Positions 24,605 through 36,423 of a stretch of 64,000 bases of DNA are shown here, piece after piece. Below the pieces are notes generated by a model that was given only the letters and a program-made list of their open reading frames with translations, was not told the DNA's origin and ran no database searches. Location: NCBI GenBank assembly GCA_054600435.1, contig BAAIJX010000053.1:62001-126000 (forward strand), given 5' to 3'. The position numbers and the translations under genes are program-made. Numbering within the stretch: the stretch's first letter is position 1; the number at the start of each line of letters is the position of its first letter. Source of the stretch: Neophaeotheca triangularis (taxonomy: Eukaryota).

Positions 24605-26390
24605 CTATCTCTGACCAGCCGCGCCCTTACCAGCCGCGCCCTTACCAGCCGCGTTCTTACCAGCCGTAAAAGTAAAACCCCCAGAACCCCCAGAGCCCCC
24701 AAAAGCTCCAACCGCAGCGGACCCCTGAATGTCCTCCCCCCTCCCACCAGCAAGCACGCTCTGCCCACCATCGGCACCACGGCGAATCCTCGTCTTCATC
24801 TTGACAACCCCACTGCCCAACTTGCCCACCCTACCAGCCTGATCCACAAGCAAAAAGCTGGCGGGGGAAAAGACCAAACTCTCGCCGACGCCCAAGCCGA
24901 CGATCCGCTCAAACATCTCCATCAACTCGGCATCCTTGCGCAACAGCACCGAAGCACCCCCGAGATGGTTTTTGATGGCCGTGAACCACGTCGGGGAGGT
25001 GAAGCGGTGCACGATGGTGACGGAAGCGAGCTCCATCAGTTTCTCGGAAATGGTGGGTTCCTGGGTCGCGATGATGACGCGGGTGGCGTTGTGGCGCTGC
25101 TCGCGGATGCTGGTGAGTAGGCGGTCGGTGAAGAGTTTGGCAGCTGGTGAGTCGGTCATGTATTTGTGGGCTTCATCTAAGACGACTGCCAAGCCGGCTG
25201 GGGGCCGGTTCTGTTTGACCAGGCTTAGGCAGATGTCGAACAAAAGGCAGGCGGTGTTGGCGTCGACAAAGGGGTCGGAGATGTCGAAGATGGTGAGGGT
25301 GCCAGGCTCGCAGCGGAAGATGTCGTGGTTTTTCTGGCGGTGGGATTTTGTGGCGTGTTCGAGATCCATGAAGCTTTCGAGCAGGGCGAGACGTAGATCC
25401 AGTGGGCCGGTTTGTTTGTCGGTGAAGGTGGCAGCGGCGAGCTCTTTTTTGAAGAATGCGTAGTCAAAGGGGTTGCCGCGGCCGTCGATGGCCATTTGAC
25501 GAAGGATGCGTTGGAGACTGACCACTAAATATCAATCATTAGTGTTTGCCTTTATATGACGCCTCGAGACTCGACCTACTGTAAAGAGGCACATGATCCC
25601 CCTCATTGACACTCATCAGCTTAAGCATACGCTCGACGCTGAGGTGACGGGGTTGTAGCAGAAGATCTTCGACGGTGAGGTTTTTGTCCGCGCCCTCCAG
25701 AGCCGTGTACGCCTTGACCAGCTCCCTCTTGTTGCCCCTGGAGACAAGAACCCTAGTCCGAATACCCCTAGAACAGAGTCTGGCAGTCTCCGCGATGGAA
25801 TTGGACGAGTCGATATCGTAGTGGAAACACACGCCTCCAACCGGGTGGTCGATCTTGCCAGTGTCGGTGCTTTTCAGCAGACAGTTCTCAAGCATGCAAG
25901 CGAGAGTGTAGCTCTTGCCACTTCCTTGCGAGCCACAGATGAAGGCTGAGTTTGGCGCATTGACGTTGAGCATAATGGGTTCGGGCTGAGAGATCTGACT
26001 GGCATTGCTAATGTCGAAACCAAGAAGGCCATACTGGGTCAGAGCTTGGCCACTGTTGGCGCTCTGCTGCGCACTGAGATCGATGCCACAGTCCTCGCAA
26101 TCGCTCTCATCGCAACTGCAGTCCGACTCAGAAGTCTCATTCTCATCCGTCTCGTCTTCGCTCTCATCGGAACTGGGAACGACGTCACCGCCTCCATCCA
26201 AAGCCAGGCCGGCAACCTTGTCACTCAAGTCCTTCTTGCTAGAGCGCTGCACGGCGAGGGTGAAGAGCGGCGTAGTGCGGAGTTCCTCTTGCGTACCGCT
26301 GGTGCTTTTAACTTTCTCATAGTACTTGAGATAGCCATCCCTTCGCTGCTCGTACCCAAAGGGATTGCGCGGTTGACGCGTCCGCGACAT
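24605..26390 (-). CDS. HerA/FtsK/VirB4-like P-loop ATPase (fungal family, function unknown)
   Basis: Walker A ICGSQGSGKS, Walker B VVLDEAH, REQRH arginine-finger segment, IIATQEP sensor. Intron 25525-25579 (GTAGGT..CTAAT..TAG) joins PLY-M-VSLQRIL. Start 26390 or 26516. Confidence 0.82.
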
Positions 26391-26720
26391 CTCTGCGGTA
26401 GTGTTGCGGTGTCGATGAATTTGCTGCAGTGGAGGTATGGCAGTTTGTTGTTTCTTCTGCAGCAAGCGGACAGAATTTTTATAGTCTCTAGCGTCGCCAT
26501 GCCAAGACTTCACCATCTGCAGGTCTGGTCAGTGTCTCGCCGACACAAGAAGACTCTCAAGCCTTCCCCAACTGTCGCGACACCACTCTCACACAGTCCA
26601 GTCATCATCCAACACAACACTCTAGCACTCCCACCACGTCGACCGCCTGCTGCAAAAACCTCCCGACATCTCTGGTACACCCCATGCGAAAAACATCACC
26701 TCAGTCCCAACACCTTCAAC

Positions 26721-29624
26721 TCACTTCACAGGCAACTCCCTGAAAACTTTCTTGAAAATATCCCTCGCCTTGTGCAAATTGACCAACCGAAACCGTTCAT
26801 TATCCAAATGCGCGGCATCACTAGCCTGCCCGCACGGAAGATGCGCAGCGGGAGCCTCGAACTCCTTTTCCAAGAAGCGGATCGCCGGAATCGAGCCTCC
26901 TTCCCGGATATACAAAGGCTTGCGACGCTTTTGCGTTTCGCCGCTGTCAATGCTGTTTGAAGGGAAGGATTGTTCGAGTTTGCTGGAGACTTGGGCCATG
27001 GGATCTGGATCGGGGAGAGGGGTGGCGACGCTGCCGCTCGCGAGGATGGTGGAGGTCGTGGGAGCGGGTTTGTCGGTGAAGTAGCTGTCGCCCTTGACGG
27101 GTCTGGCGACGGGGAGCTCGGCGTTTTGCGTGGAAGAGTGGCGGCGCCGGCGCTGGTCGATGGGGCCCCAGGCTTCCATGATGGCTTCTTCCAGTGTTCG
27201 ATAGATCTCATTCTGTGTGTCACCCAGCCAAGGCTCGGCTTTGTGGTCGACGGTGATGGTGAGTCTGTTGGCCGAATGCATCTTCTTGAACTGAGCGGCG
27301 AGGTAAGTTTGCATGTCGTCCGCGACTTTCGTAGCCTCTTGTTCTGGAACGAGACGGAAGGAGAGAGCTGCCTTTGCCATGCGAGGGATGATGGCAGCGT
27401 TCTTGGGACCAGACGTCTCGAAGCGATGGATGGTGAGCGTCGCTTCCCTCCAACGAGCCATCAAAGACTTCTCCAGCATCTCACGATCGCCCAAATCCGG
27501 ATTCCGCTGGACAAGCGACTGCGTGATATCAGCGTACAAGCTCTTTTCATACTCGTGCAGTCCGAGCACGGGATCGTAGAAACCGGGAATCATGACTTCC
27601 CCAACTGGATTGGAGAGCGTCGCAAGCAAAGCAACCAAATCTTTGACCGGCTCATCCAACGCCTTACTGCCGTCGACACCACTATGGAGGTCCTCCTGCT
27701 TGCTATCGACCTGCACACTCGCATGCACCACACCTCGCAGCCCGTACGTCAGACACGGCATGCGATCGTCGAGCCAGTAGCTATTGGCGAGAAGAATCCA
27801 GTCGACGGGCCCAATACGTTCCTTGGCCGCTTTGACAGCAGTCTCAAACCCCCTCGACCCGGACTCCTCCTCGCCCTCGATGAGAAAGATGATATCCGAG
27901 CCCAACGCTTGCTCAGACTTGAGCTCACCGCACGCGAAGATCGCAGCCATGATGGGGCCTTTGTTGTCCGAAGTGCCTCTGCCGTAGCAGTAGCCATCGA
28001 TACCTTCCATGACGAAAGGGTCGGTCCTCCATCTATCGACGCCGACGTTCTCAGCGGCGACGACGTCGTAGTGGCCGTAGAATAGGATCTTCTTGCGCTC
28101 GGCCGAGGTTGAAGGATTGCCCCTGAAACGAGCCATGATGACGGGGTTGCATCCGTTGGGCGTTGGAAGCATTTCAGTCTGCGCGCCAAACTGTTTGAAG
28201 ACGCCGCGCAGGTAGGAAGCGCACCGCCGGCAGTCAGCTTGAAAGTGCTGATCGGACGAGACAGTTCGATAAGAGACAAAGCGCCTCAGCGCCTCAAACA
28301 GCTTCTCGTCGCTGGTGCGGTTCGGTGCCATGGGCGATGCCACGCAATCGCTGACGTCCCAGACAGCAAGGGTGTGATCGCCCGCTCCAGTCACGTAGAG
28401 AGGTCGTTGATGACGGGCAGTAAAGGCGGAAGCCAGAATGCGGCCATCGTGCGCTTTGAACCTACCCTTTTGCTCATACTGCCGGTCAAACTTGCGCACG
28501 TAGCCAGTCACAGCCGCGCTGAACAAGAAACCACCCCCAACACTGATAGTGAGAACGTCGTCCCGGTGGGCTTTGATGTTCCTAACCAGCTGCCGCGTCT
28601 CCAAGTCCCACACATCGACCTCGCCCCCCGAGCGGCCGGAGAAGAGAAATGTGCCATCCAAGGCGATGCTCAGAATCGAATGGCCCTCGTCCCTGCCATC
28701 ATCAAGCGTGTAATGCTCCTCGGGCGCACCGCCTCTCTGCGGGTTCAGCCTCCACAACTTCACAACCCCATCGCCCCCAGCAGTGACAAGCGTCTCCCTC
28801 CCGGCGGCCTCGGGCAAATCCCTCGCCAACAGCATACAATAGACATAGCCATTATGCGCAAAATGCGTGATATCATCCCTCCCAATCTCCAACACCGTGC
28901 CCCCCTTAGCATGCCTGGGCGTGCGATCCGCATCCGGGGGTTTAGGCGTCCTAACGCCTCCCGGGCCCCTGGAATCAAAGAACGGATCATCCCTCACGGC
29001 AAGCGGCGCCCTCGTCCCCTCCCGCTGCCGCCTCAACCCACACCACTGCACCGTGGTATTCTGCGCCCCCAAGTACACGACCCCCAACCTCTCCGAATAC
29101 GCGACGCAAAACACATCCCCGACATCAAAGCTCGAGCGCAAACACCAGCGGCGCTTCAAAACCACGCCCTCCTCGCCCACCGCCGAACCCGCTTCAACCT
29201 CGAGACCCCAGACATTCACGACCCGGTCCCCGGCGGCGGAGAACAGCAAGCCCTCCTCGGGATCCAGACACAAGCCTAGCACGCTGCTCTTATGCCCCTC
29301 GACTCTCGCCAGTAGTTCGAAACTCTTGAGGCTGTAGACCAGGATCTCGCCGTTTTGGGTCCCGGCGAAAATGTGCGAAGCGCTGATTGTGAGCGCGAGG
29401 ATCGAGGAGCGGCATTGGAGGCGGTGGGTTAGGGTTGGGAGTTGCGGAACTGTTGTTGTGGTAGTGGGGGGATTGGGGTCGGAGGGTTCAGTCTGTGGGA
29501 GTTGGTCGGGGGATGTTGAGTCGGTGTCGTTGTCGGAGGGGGAGGAGGAGGAGTCTGGGGGTTTGAGAGGTGAGGAGTGCAGAGGCGCGTGAGCTGGCGA
29601 GGAGCTCTGGGTTGGAGGAGACAT
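26721..29624 (-). CDS. DUG2: WD40 + M20 metallopeptidase, glutathione degradosome subunit
   Basis: N-terminal WD40 repeats; FYGHYDVV, GRGTSDNKGP, EGEEESGS, DLHSG, REGGSIP, AHLDNER M20 motifs; intronless, 967 aa. Confidence 0.92.
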   Translation of the reverse strand: MSPPTQSSSPAHAPLHSSPLKPPDSSSSPSDNDTDSTSPDQLPQTEPSDPNPPTTTTTVPQLPTLTHRLQCRSSILALTISASHIFAGTQNGEILVYSLKSFELLARVEGHKSSVLGLCLDPEEGLLFSAAGDRVVNVWGLEVEAGSAVGEEGVVLKRRWCLRSSFDVGDVFCVAYSERLGVVYLGAQNTTVQWCGLRRQREGTRAPLAVRDDPFFDSRGPGGVRTPKPPDADRTPRHAKGGTVLEIGRDDITHFAHNGYVYCMLLARDLPEAAGRETLVTAGGDGVVKLWRLNPQRGGAPEEHYTLDDGRDEGHSILSIALDGTFLFSGRSGGEVDVWDLETRQLVRNIKAHRDDVLTISVGGGFLFSAAVTGYVRKFDRQYEQKGRFKAHDGRILASAFTARHQRPLYVTGAGDHTLAVWDVSDCVASPMAPNRTSDEKLFEALRRFVSYRTVSSDQHFQADCRRCASYLRGVFKQFGAQTEMLPTPNGCNPVIMARFRGNPSTSAERKKILFYGHYDVVAAENVGVDRWRTDPFVMEGIDGYCYGRGTSDNKGPIMAAIFACGELKSEQALGSDIIFLIEGEEESGSRGFETAVKAAKERIGPVDWILLANSYWLDDRMPCLTYGLRGVVHASVQVDSKQEDLHSGVDGSKALDEPVKDLVALLATLSNPVGEVMIPGFYDPVLGLHEYEKSLYADITQSLVQRNPDLGDREMLEKSLMARWREATLTIHRFETSGPKNAAIIPRMAKAALSFRLVPEQEATKVADDMQTYLAAQFKKMHSANRLTITVDHKAEPWLGDTQNEIYRTLEEAIMEAWGPIDQRRRRHSSTQNAELPVARPVKGDSYFTDKPAPTTSTILASGSVATPLPDPDPMAQVSSKLEQSFPSNSIDSGETQKRRKPLYIREGGSIPAIRFLEKEFEAPAAHLPCGQASDAAHLDNERFRLVNLHKARDIFKKVFRELPVK

Positions 29625-30323
29625 CAGCGCGAATGGGCTGACGCTGTTGTTACGATGGCTGTGTGGGTGTCGTTGAATGGCAGGATCATGCTGGGCGAGG
29701 AATGAGAGACAGCAGGGGGAGTTTGCCGTTTTGGCGCCGTTTGCCTCGCCAGTGCCAATAGAATATTATGTCAAACGTTGCTATGCTCTCTCCAAGGTAG
29801 CTCCTCGGCGCTGTGTGACTTTGCAGCAATCCCAATGCAGCAATCCAGGGTCCACGTCCCCCTGTCCAGCGAGCAAACGGGGGGGTTGCCAAGATTTCTG
29901 CGGGCCACTTCGTCGTCCTGCTGTGGTTGCGATAGCTATCACGTGCCCGGAGTAAATATGTACTGAATAACTTCTGGGGAACGCCTCGAGAATCATATTA
30001 TGCTAGGAAAGATTCCCAAGGGCCTCATAGAGTGATCTCATAAATTGATTGATAGACGGCTGTGTTGAGACCTGCAGCCCCAGCGCATGCCGAGGCACAC
30101 AAGCTAGCTAGCTATGGGTGTACATAGAGAAGAGAATCAGTAACAAGAAACTCCATCAACACCGTGCCATTCATTCATCATTAACGAAAAGGGTAGCTCA
30201 TACCCTCTTCCTCCCTCCCTGGTGTTCCCCTAACACCATGTAGACACCACACCATCGTAAGCAGCCCGTAAAAACCACCTCTGCTCATCGACCCCCCCGC
30301 AAGATGCGTTTTAAAGTCGCAAA

Positions 30324-31280
30324 TCACCTCTTTCCTCCCATATAGTTCTTGGCCAAATTCATGACAAGCGGCGTAACAATCGGGCCAACCGTGCCCCAAT
30401 GCTTCTGCCCCTTGTCAATCCAGGGCCCAACATCATACTTCCCAATCTTCATCTCAGTCGGCGGACGATCGCGATCCCCTCTGCCGCCGCCACCGCCACG
30501 CCTTCTACCATCCCTGTCCCGATCATCGTCATACCTATCGTCGTAACTGCTCGGCCGCTTGCGCTGTCTCCTGTCGTCGTCCTTGTTGCGGGACTTGCGG
30601 TCGTCGCGGTCGCGGTCGTAGATTTCTGTTCGCCGGCGCCTAGCATCTCTGTCTCGACGATCCAGCTCATCCGAACGGTAACCTCGGTCGTCGTAAGGGT
30701 CGTCCCTTTTGCCGCGACGATCACGGTCCCGGCGGCTTCGAGGCGGTGGAGATCCTTCGTCAGAAGAGTAGTCTTCGTAGCGGTCGCGGCGGGAAGGACG
30801 GTCAGGGCGGTCCGTCTTGCTACGACGGATGGGCGCTGCGCCGTATTCTACACCGCCATCCGCGTGACGGCTGCGACGGGGCGGTTCGTCGTAGCCGTCG
30901 TCGTCGTAGTCCCGTCTGTCCCGTCTGTCGCGCTTGCTGCTCTTTTTGTGCATCTCGCCCTCGTCACTAGTGTAGCCGTCTCGCTTCTCGCGGAACTTGC
31001 GGTCGGCACGGCGGTCTTTGCGTTCGACGTCTGGTGCTCCGGGACCGAGGTAGGAGGCCTCGTCTGGGAATTCCGGACGCGCATCGCGGGGTAGTCGACT
31101 GCGGCTACCTTCACGTTTGAGGGCGGGGCCCATGGGAGGAGGTGGGATATTGCTGTCGCTGCCGTTGGGAGGCATGTCGTTTCTTCCGCTGCGGCGAGAC
31201 CGACGTGGGCTGGGTTCGTAGTCGTCGTATTCGGCTCGACGAGAGCGGCGCGGACGATCGTAATCGTCGTACCCGGACAT
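30324..31280 (-). CDS. Arg/Asp-rich low-complexity hypothetical protein
   Basis: 318-aa ORF, ATG in CACCATG context, RD/RS-rich body, ordered C-terminal tail (GPWIDKGQKHWGTVGPIVTPLV). Confidence 0.75.
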   Translation of the reverse strand: MSGYDDYDRPRRSRRAEYDDYEPSPRRSRRSGRNDMPPNGSDSNIPPPPMGPALKREGSRSRLPRDARPEFPDEASYLGPGAPDVERKDRRADRKFREKRDGYTSDEGEMHKKSSKRDRRDRRDYDDDGYDEPPRRSRHADGGVEYGAAPIRRSKTDRPDRPSRRDRYEDYSSDEGSPPPRSRRDRDRRGKRDDPYDDRGYRSDELDRRDRDARRRRTEIYDRDRDDRKSRNKDDDRRQRKRPSSYDDRYDDDRDRDGRRRGGGGGRGDRDRPPTEMKIGKYDVGPWIDKGQKHWGTVGPIVTPLVMNLAKNYMGGKR

Positions 31281-32287
31281 GGTGGTGAGGTGGGGGTGGT
31301 GGGGGTTGGGTTGTACGGCGTCTACCTTAGCTCGGAGGTGATGCTATTGGTGTGCCGGTTGAGTGTTGGTGGATGCACCGAGGTACTTCAATGAATGAAT
31401 GATTGCACGCTTGACATGCAGTGTAGAGGAAGAGAGGAGAGAAGGTAGTGAGGGGGAATAGGTAGTAGTAGGGGAAGAGAGTCGGGAAAGCCAACCTTAG
31501 TACCTTACCTCGTCAGTTGACAGTCCAAGTGAGACCCTTCTCGTCATGTCTAAAGTGTGGCGGTGCAGGCCGACTCACTTCACCGCCTCACATGAGATCG
31601 GCTTGTCGCCTGCGCCATCTTTGTCCATCTTCACGGTCTGGCCAAAACGGGAGTCCCCTCTGACTTGTTAGGTAGTCTGTAGATTTGGCACATATATGTG
31701 CCAACATTATTCTGAACAATCACTTGCATTATAAAGGCATCTCGTTAATGCACCCAATTCGACAAACCAACCACAAAAAATGCAAAAGTCCACATAAAGA
31801 ACACCAGATACACAAACTTCTAACCCCCCCTTCCATCTGCTAAAGACATCCATCGAAAAAAGTCAAAGCAATCCATATCATTCAACCCACAACATCAACT
31901 CCCAACGACGCCAATGCTAACCCAGAGCAAGAAAACCCACCCTTTCTATCCCATACCCACCCTTTATATCCCATCCCTCTCTACCCACCCGGCCTATCTG
32001 AAACCCAGCTATATGCATATAGCGAACAAAATTCTATCATGGTATCACAAACCCAAGAGAAATACCCGGCCGTATCCGTCTATCAATTTTCCCCAATTTT
32101 TTTCCCATGGCATCCACCACTTCAGTCTCTCGAACATATAGATAGAGAAGAAGGGGAAAATAAGGGGTGGGGAGAAACGCCTGCCCTCAGTGGCAGACTC
32201 CGCACCGTAGTCCCGTCCACCCTCCCTCATTTCTTCCACCCAAAACCGCAACAATCACAGCGAAAGCCTCGAGCGCACACGAACCCT

Positions 32288-34339
32288 CTAAGTCCGCGTC
32301 GCTCTCAAGAACCTCAACCGTCCCTCCTCATCCTGACTGGGATGTCTAGTCAAGAGCGGCGGATGCGGCAACTGCGCGGCACTGCCCCTATTACTACCAC
32401 CTTGCCCGTGCCCGACACCTTCCGCGGCCGCAGAGCTCAAACTCGTGAAACCCAGACTGCCAAACTGGTTCGTAAGAGTCTGAGTACTGCTCTGGCTGCC
32501 GGGACTGCTGGCGCCGCTGCGGACGTGAGCTTGGCCGGGGCGCTGGGGGAGACCGCCGCCGGGGGAGGGCGGGCGGCTGGTGGCTTCGACGTAGCTGGGT
32601 GGGCCGTCGGTGAAGGGGGTCATGACGCCAGGGGTGCGGACGGCGGCGCCGTAGGAAGGCACGCGCGAGAGGTCGTTGAGGTCGTAGTCGGTTTGGTGCA
32701 CTTCTTCCGGGCGGTGTTCGTCGGATGTGCGGCGCGATTGGGGGTGCGAGGTGTGTGGGGAGGCCCCCTGGGCAGGGGAGAAGTAGCTTGTATGGCCGTT
32801 GGGGGCCGATGAGGGGGCCATGCGTGGGCGGGCTTCTGGAGAGTGTTGTTGTTCGTGGATTGTGCTGTTGCTGTTGCCTGGGTGGGGGGAAATGGCTCCC
32901 GCGGAGCTGGGATGTGAATGGGGAGTGCGTGCTGAATGTGAAGATCCGCGTTCTTGCAGGTCTGCTAGACGGGAATGCAGGATTGAAGGCGTGGCGCTGC
33001 CGTGTCTTGTAGGATCTGGTGCGTGATCGAAGTCGGCTGCCCCGTTGGCCAGCCCGTTCAAAGAAGCCAAATTCTCACTCGATCCCCTTCTGCTCTGCGC
33101 GTACCAGCCTCCAGGTGTCCCTGGCGCGCTGCCCGCGTGACTCATATATCCACTCGGGTCGATGTCGCTGAAAACCTGGTCAAGAATGTGCCTCCCATAT
33201 TCCGGTGGTGCCGTGACAGAAGTCTCGTTGGTGTTGAGCTCCGCGTCAGGAACAGGCCCGTGGACACCCGGGCAGACATGATTCGATTCATCTACCGGAA
33301 GGTTGGGGGAGATGAACAGCTTGACTGGCAGCCTGCACACCAGCTGCGAAACATGTCCTTCCGGGTTGTGAATATTGACCATTAGCTTGAAGCGATGCGA
33401 CACGTTAATCTGGTGCGAATCAACGTCCTGCCGGCAGGAGTTCAAGGACTTGGGCAGCGGCAGCGTCGCCTTGAACTTGTACATTTCGTCCGCCAGCATC
33501 GGATTCTCGCTCGTCTCGTCGTCGTACATGATGCGCGAGTGCTCGGGAAACTCCATGTCAGCCTTTGCAACCTCGGACTCCTCGCTCTTCGACTTGTCCG
33601 TCCGCGCATCCGGCACCTCACTCGCTTGTATCCGCTTGACCACCGTCTCCATCAGCCTCAACTCCACCTTCCCCAACCTCAACCCCTTTTTGATCGGCGA
33701 AAGCTCGACATCGGCCGTAATCGATGTCCCGAAAACAATCGCATCCGTGGGGATGGAGATGCTATAACTGATCTTGTTGGCCCAGATATCCGCATTGACC
33801 CTCGACCTCGTCATCTCCATCGAATCCTGCCCCAGCGTCCTGACAATCCTAATATGCTCCTGCGCCACGATATCCTTGGCATTCCACCCGGGCCTTGAAA
33901 TGCTCGCGTGCAAGTGGTAAACGATAAAAGTCTCCTTCAAACCCTCGACACTCTCCGGCATTGTCGGCGCGAGCTCAAACTCAAACGGCCACTCGATAGT
34001 GCCGGCCTTGATCTTGTGCGAACTCTCAATCCCCAGCTTTCTCTCCTCGTTCCAAAAAACCCTCTTGTCCGTAATCTCGCCCGCGCTGATGCCGCCCATG
34101 AACCACCAGCTAATTTTCCGCTTCCCCTCGAGCCGCACTTTCGGCCGCATGATGCTCATGCTCTCCGGGGTGGTGAAGCGGACGACTCCGGTGAGTTTGA
34201 TAGGTTGCGCCTCATGCTCGCTGCCGTGAAAGACGATGAAGCGCGTGTCGGGAATGATTTCGAGCGTTGGCTTGTTGCGCGTGCCAGTTACGCTGCGAGG
34301 GGTGGGCACCATGCTTGCGAGGGCGTGGCCGGCGTTCAT
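32288..34339 (-). CDS. creD: Alpha-arrestin, HECT ligase adaptor (CreD/Rod1-like)
   Basis: Arrestin N and C domains (EWPFEF..PESVEGL, IWANKISYSIS, CRLPVKLFISP) with PPEY, VPSY and PPSY motifs; the symbol is inferred from domain layout and linkage to creC. Confidence 0.8.
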   Translation of the reverse strand: MNAGHALASMVPTPRSVTGTRNKPTLEIIPDTRFIVFHGSEHEAQPIKLTGVVRFTTPESMSIMRPKVRLEGKRKISWWFMGGISAGEITDKRVFWNEERKLGIESSHKIKAGTIEWPFEFELAPTMPESVEGLKETFIVYHLHASISRPGWNAKDIVAQEHIRIVRTLGQDSMEMTRSRVNADIWANKISYSISIPTDAIVFGTSITADVELSPIKKGLRLGKVELRLMETVVKRIQASEVPDARTDKSKSEESEVAKADMEFPEHSRIMYDDETSENPMLADEMYKFKATLPLPKSLNSCRQDVDSHQINVSHRFKLMVNIHNPEGHVSQLVCRLPVKLFISPNLPVDESNHVCPGVHGPVPDAELNTNETSVTAPPEYGRHILDQVFSDIDPSGYMSHAGSAPGTPGGWYAQSRRGSSENLASLNGLANGAADFDHAPDPTRHGSATPSILHSRLADLQERGSSHSARTPHSHPSSAGAISPHPGNSNSTIHEQQHSPEARPRMAPSSAPNGHTSYFSPAQGASPHTSHPQSRRTSDEHRPEEVHQTDYDLNDLSRVPSYGAAVRTPGVMTPFTDGPPSYVEATSRPPSPGGGLPQRPGQAHVRSGASSPGSQSSTQTLTNQFGSLGFTSLSSAAAEGVGHGQGGSNRGSAAQLPHPPLLTRHPSQDEEGRLRFLRATRT

Positions 34340-36423
34340 CGAAGGGTAATGGGTGGTGGGTTCTGATTTTGGCTCTGCGTTTCAGGCAGAGCAATCGAGT
34401 GGAGACCGCAGGCCCGGACGAATTTCAAGGGTTGACTCGATGCCTTATATGATTGAGTGGTACGGCTTTTCTCTCACGTGAGATGTGTTATCGGGTGAGT
34501 AGAGGGGCGTAAGCAGCTTCACAGTGCCTCAGGATACGAATGGGGGGCTTCTGCGAGTGTTCAGATGGGTAGGCAGCGGGTAGCTAGGATATAGATCAGG
34601 TCATGGGTAGATCAAAGGAACTAGTGACAAAAGGGCAAAAGGGCGATGTAAGGTAGTAGATGATAATGATGTGAAAGATGAAGAGGGTAGCAGTCGAGAA
34701 AGAGGGAGGTATGGTATCTCCTCAGTCAGGAAGGTGAGAGCAACAAAGTCCTCTTTCTCTCTCTCGGCGTCTTTCTCTCGCTCGCTCGCTCGCAAGTAAC
34801 GTTATTGTTTTCTTTCAAAACCAATCCAACGTTATCTCAAAGTCGGGATCAAATCATTGGATTGTTAGTATTATTATTATTATTATCTACAGTAGTACCT
34901 CTAGTAGCGAGCACGTCAACGCCGAACGCTATCAATGGAAGGGAAGATTCACAAGCTGCCCGATTGCAAAGTGGATACCCGCGGTGACGCCGATGGAGCC
35001 AAACTTCAAAGACGGAGAATTGCTGCATCTTTTCCTCAGTAGTAAGTACTACTAAGTAAGGTAAGTGCCTCACGGCCTTATTCTCTCTCTCCGACTCTCC
35101 ATTTCGCCAGACTCTCGGGCGTATTCTCGTTGAAAAGATGCTCAACGGATTATGTTGACGACGACGACGACGACGATAATCAATCATGCACGCATACCAG
35201 ACATGACCCAAAGGCGGACCGACCTTGATAGATAAAAAAACAATCTTTTCAAACAAAACACCTTAGGTACGGTACGGTACTTACTTAGATAAGAATGACG
35301 GATAAAGAAGGGCGCCACACCCGTCCCGTCTGAAAGCGAGCGACCTGCGGGATGGGGATGCAGGTGAAATAATAATGAGAGAAATCAGACGGGAAGCTGG
35401 AATCATGACATGCGATGATGATTTACCTTAACCTTCAGCCTCCCGAGGTCAGCCTCATCATCCTCTCTATTACTCCGGATGCCCAGGTGTTGCTTGCCAC
35501 CTCTCTTGGCAGATGTCGACTACATAGTACCTCATGTACCTTACCTACAGTACCTACCTACTTTACCTTGATACCACATGGATACTATATCCATAGGTAT
35601 CAATATATCCAAGCTCCCCTACCTTACATACTTCCCAAGATCCTCAACACCACAACCATCATCATTGCCGCAACAGAGCGGTTGGCTGCTACTCTACCAC
35701 CTAATCTCATACCACAGCCAACCGTGCACCAAAACACAAAGCACGCCTACAAGTACCTTACGTTGAAACACAAAATCGGGTACTCTCGGGTTCAATGAGC
35801 CGAGTACATAGAGATCCAGAGATCATAGAAAACGGTCCATCAGGGCATGAATTCATGATCCATCCACCTGCATCATTAATTCCCGGTTACTACCTACCTT
35901 ACCTACTGCCCTTTCGCTGATGATGATGATGATGATGATTCCTGAAACCGAACAAACAATCTTATACTTAGTCTTGCTTGCCTGCTTGCTTGCTTGCATC
36001 GAAATAATACCGCCGAAAAAGCTTGCGCGGACTCATCTGACAATCTTGTAAAAACACCGACCGATCGACCGACCGACCGACCGATTGATCAAGCACGTTA
36101 CGATAACTTACAGGTTAAAAGTTAGGGCCGTGAGATAAGGCGACGTTTGTAAGATTGAGGTTACAGTAGGTATACGCGGATTTGGTCAGTGCGCTCTCTC
36201 CTGGTTTGCGAATTGTCGCGACCGTGTCCTGTCCTGTACCACGTTACGTTTTACGTTTTATATAGTTACCACCACACAGCGAATGCCCGTCCTAGACCTC
36301 ACAAGCAGCTAAGAGCTTTCTTTCGGGGAGGGAAAATAAAAAAGAGAACAAAAAGCCCAGCAAGCTACCAGACCACCTGGACAGCATCGCACCTAGCTCT
36401 AGCTAGACCAAGGTAGCAAACAA

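Noticed and set aside
24614..24667. 15-bp tandem repeat
   Set aside because: Encodes the AAGKG tail of the ATPase; an ordinary coding minisatellite.
26046..29279. Long plus-strand ORFs (304, 371 and 346 aa)
   Set aside because: Antisense shadows of the ATPase and DUG2 genes.
14876..29624. ABC transporter, PLP enzyme and peptidase as a biosynthetic cluster
   Set aside because: No backbone synthase; genes belong to housekeeping-type families.
34340..36423. Long intergenic stretch rich in short tandem repeats
   Set aside because: Typical UTR/promoter microsatellites; no coherent structure or ORF.
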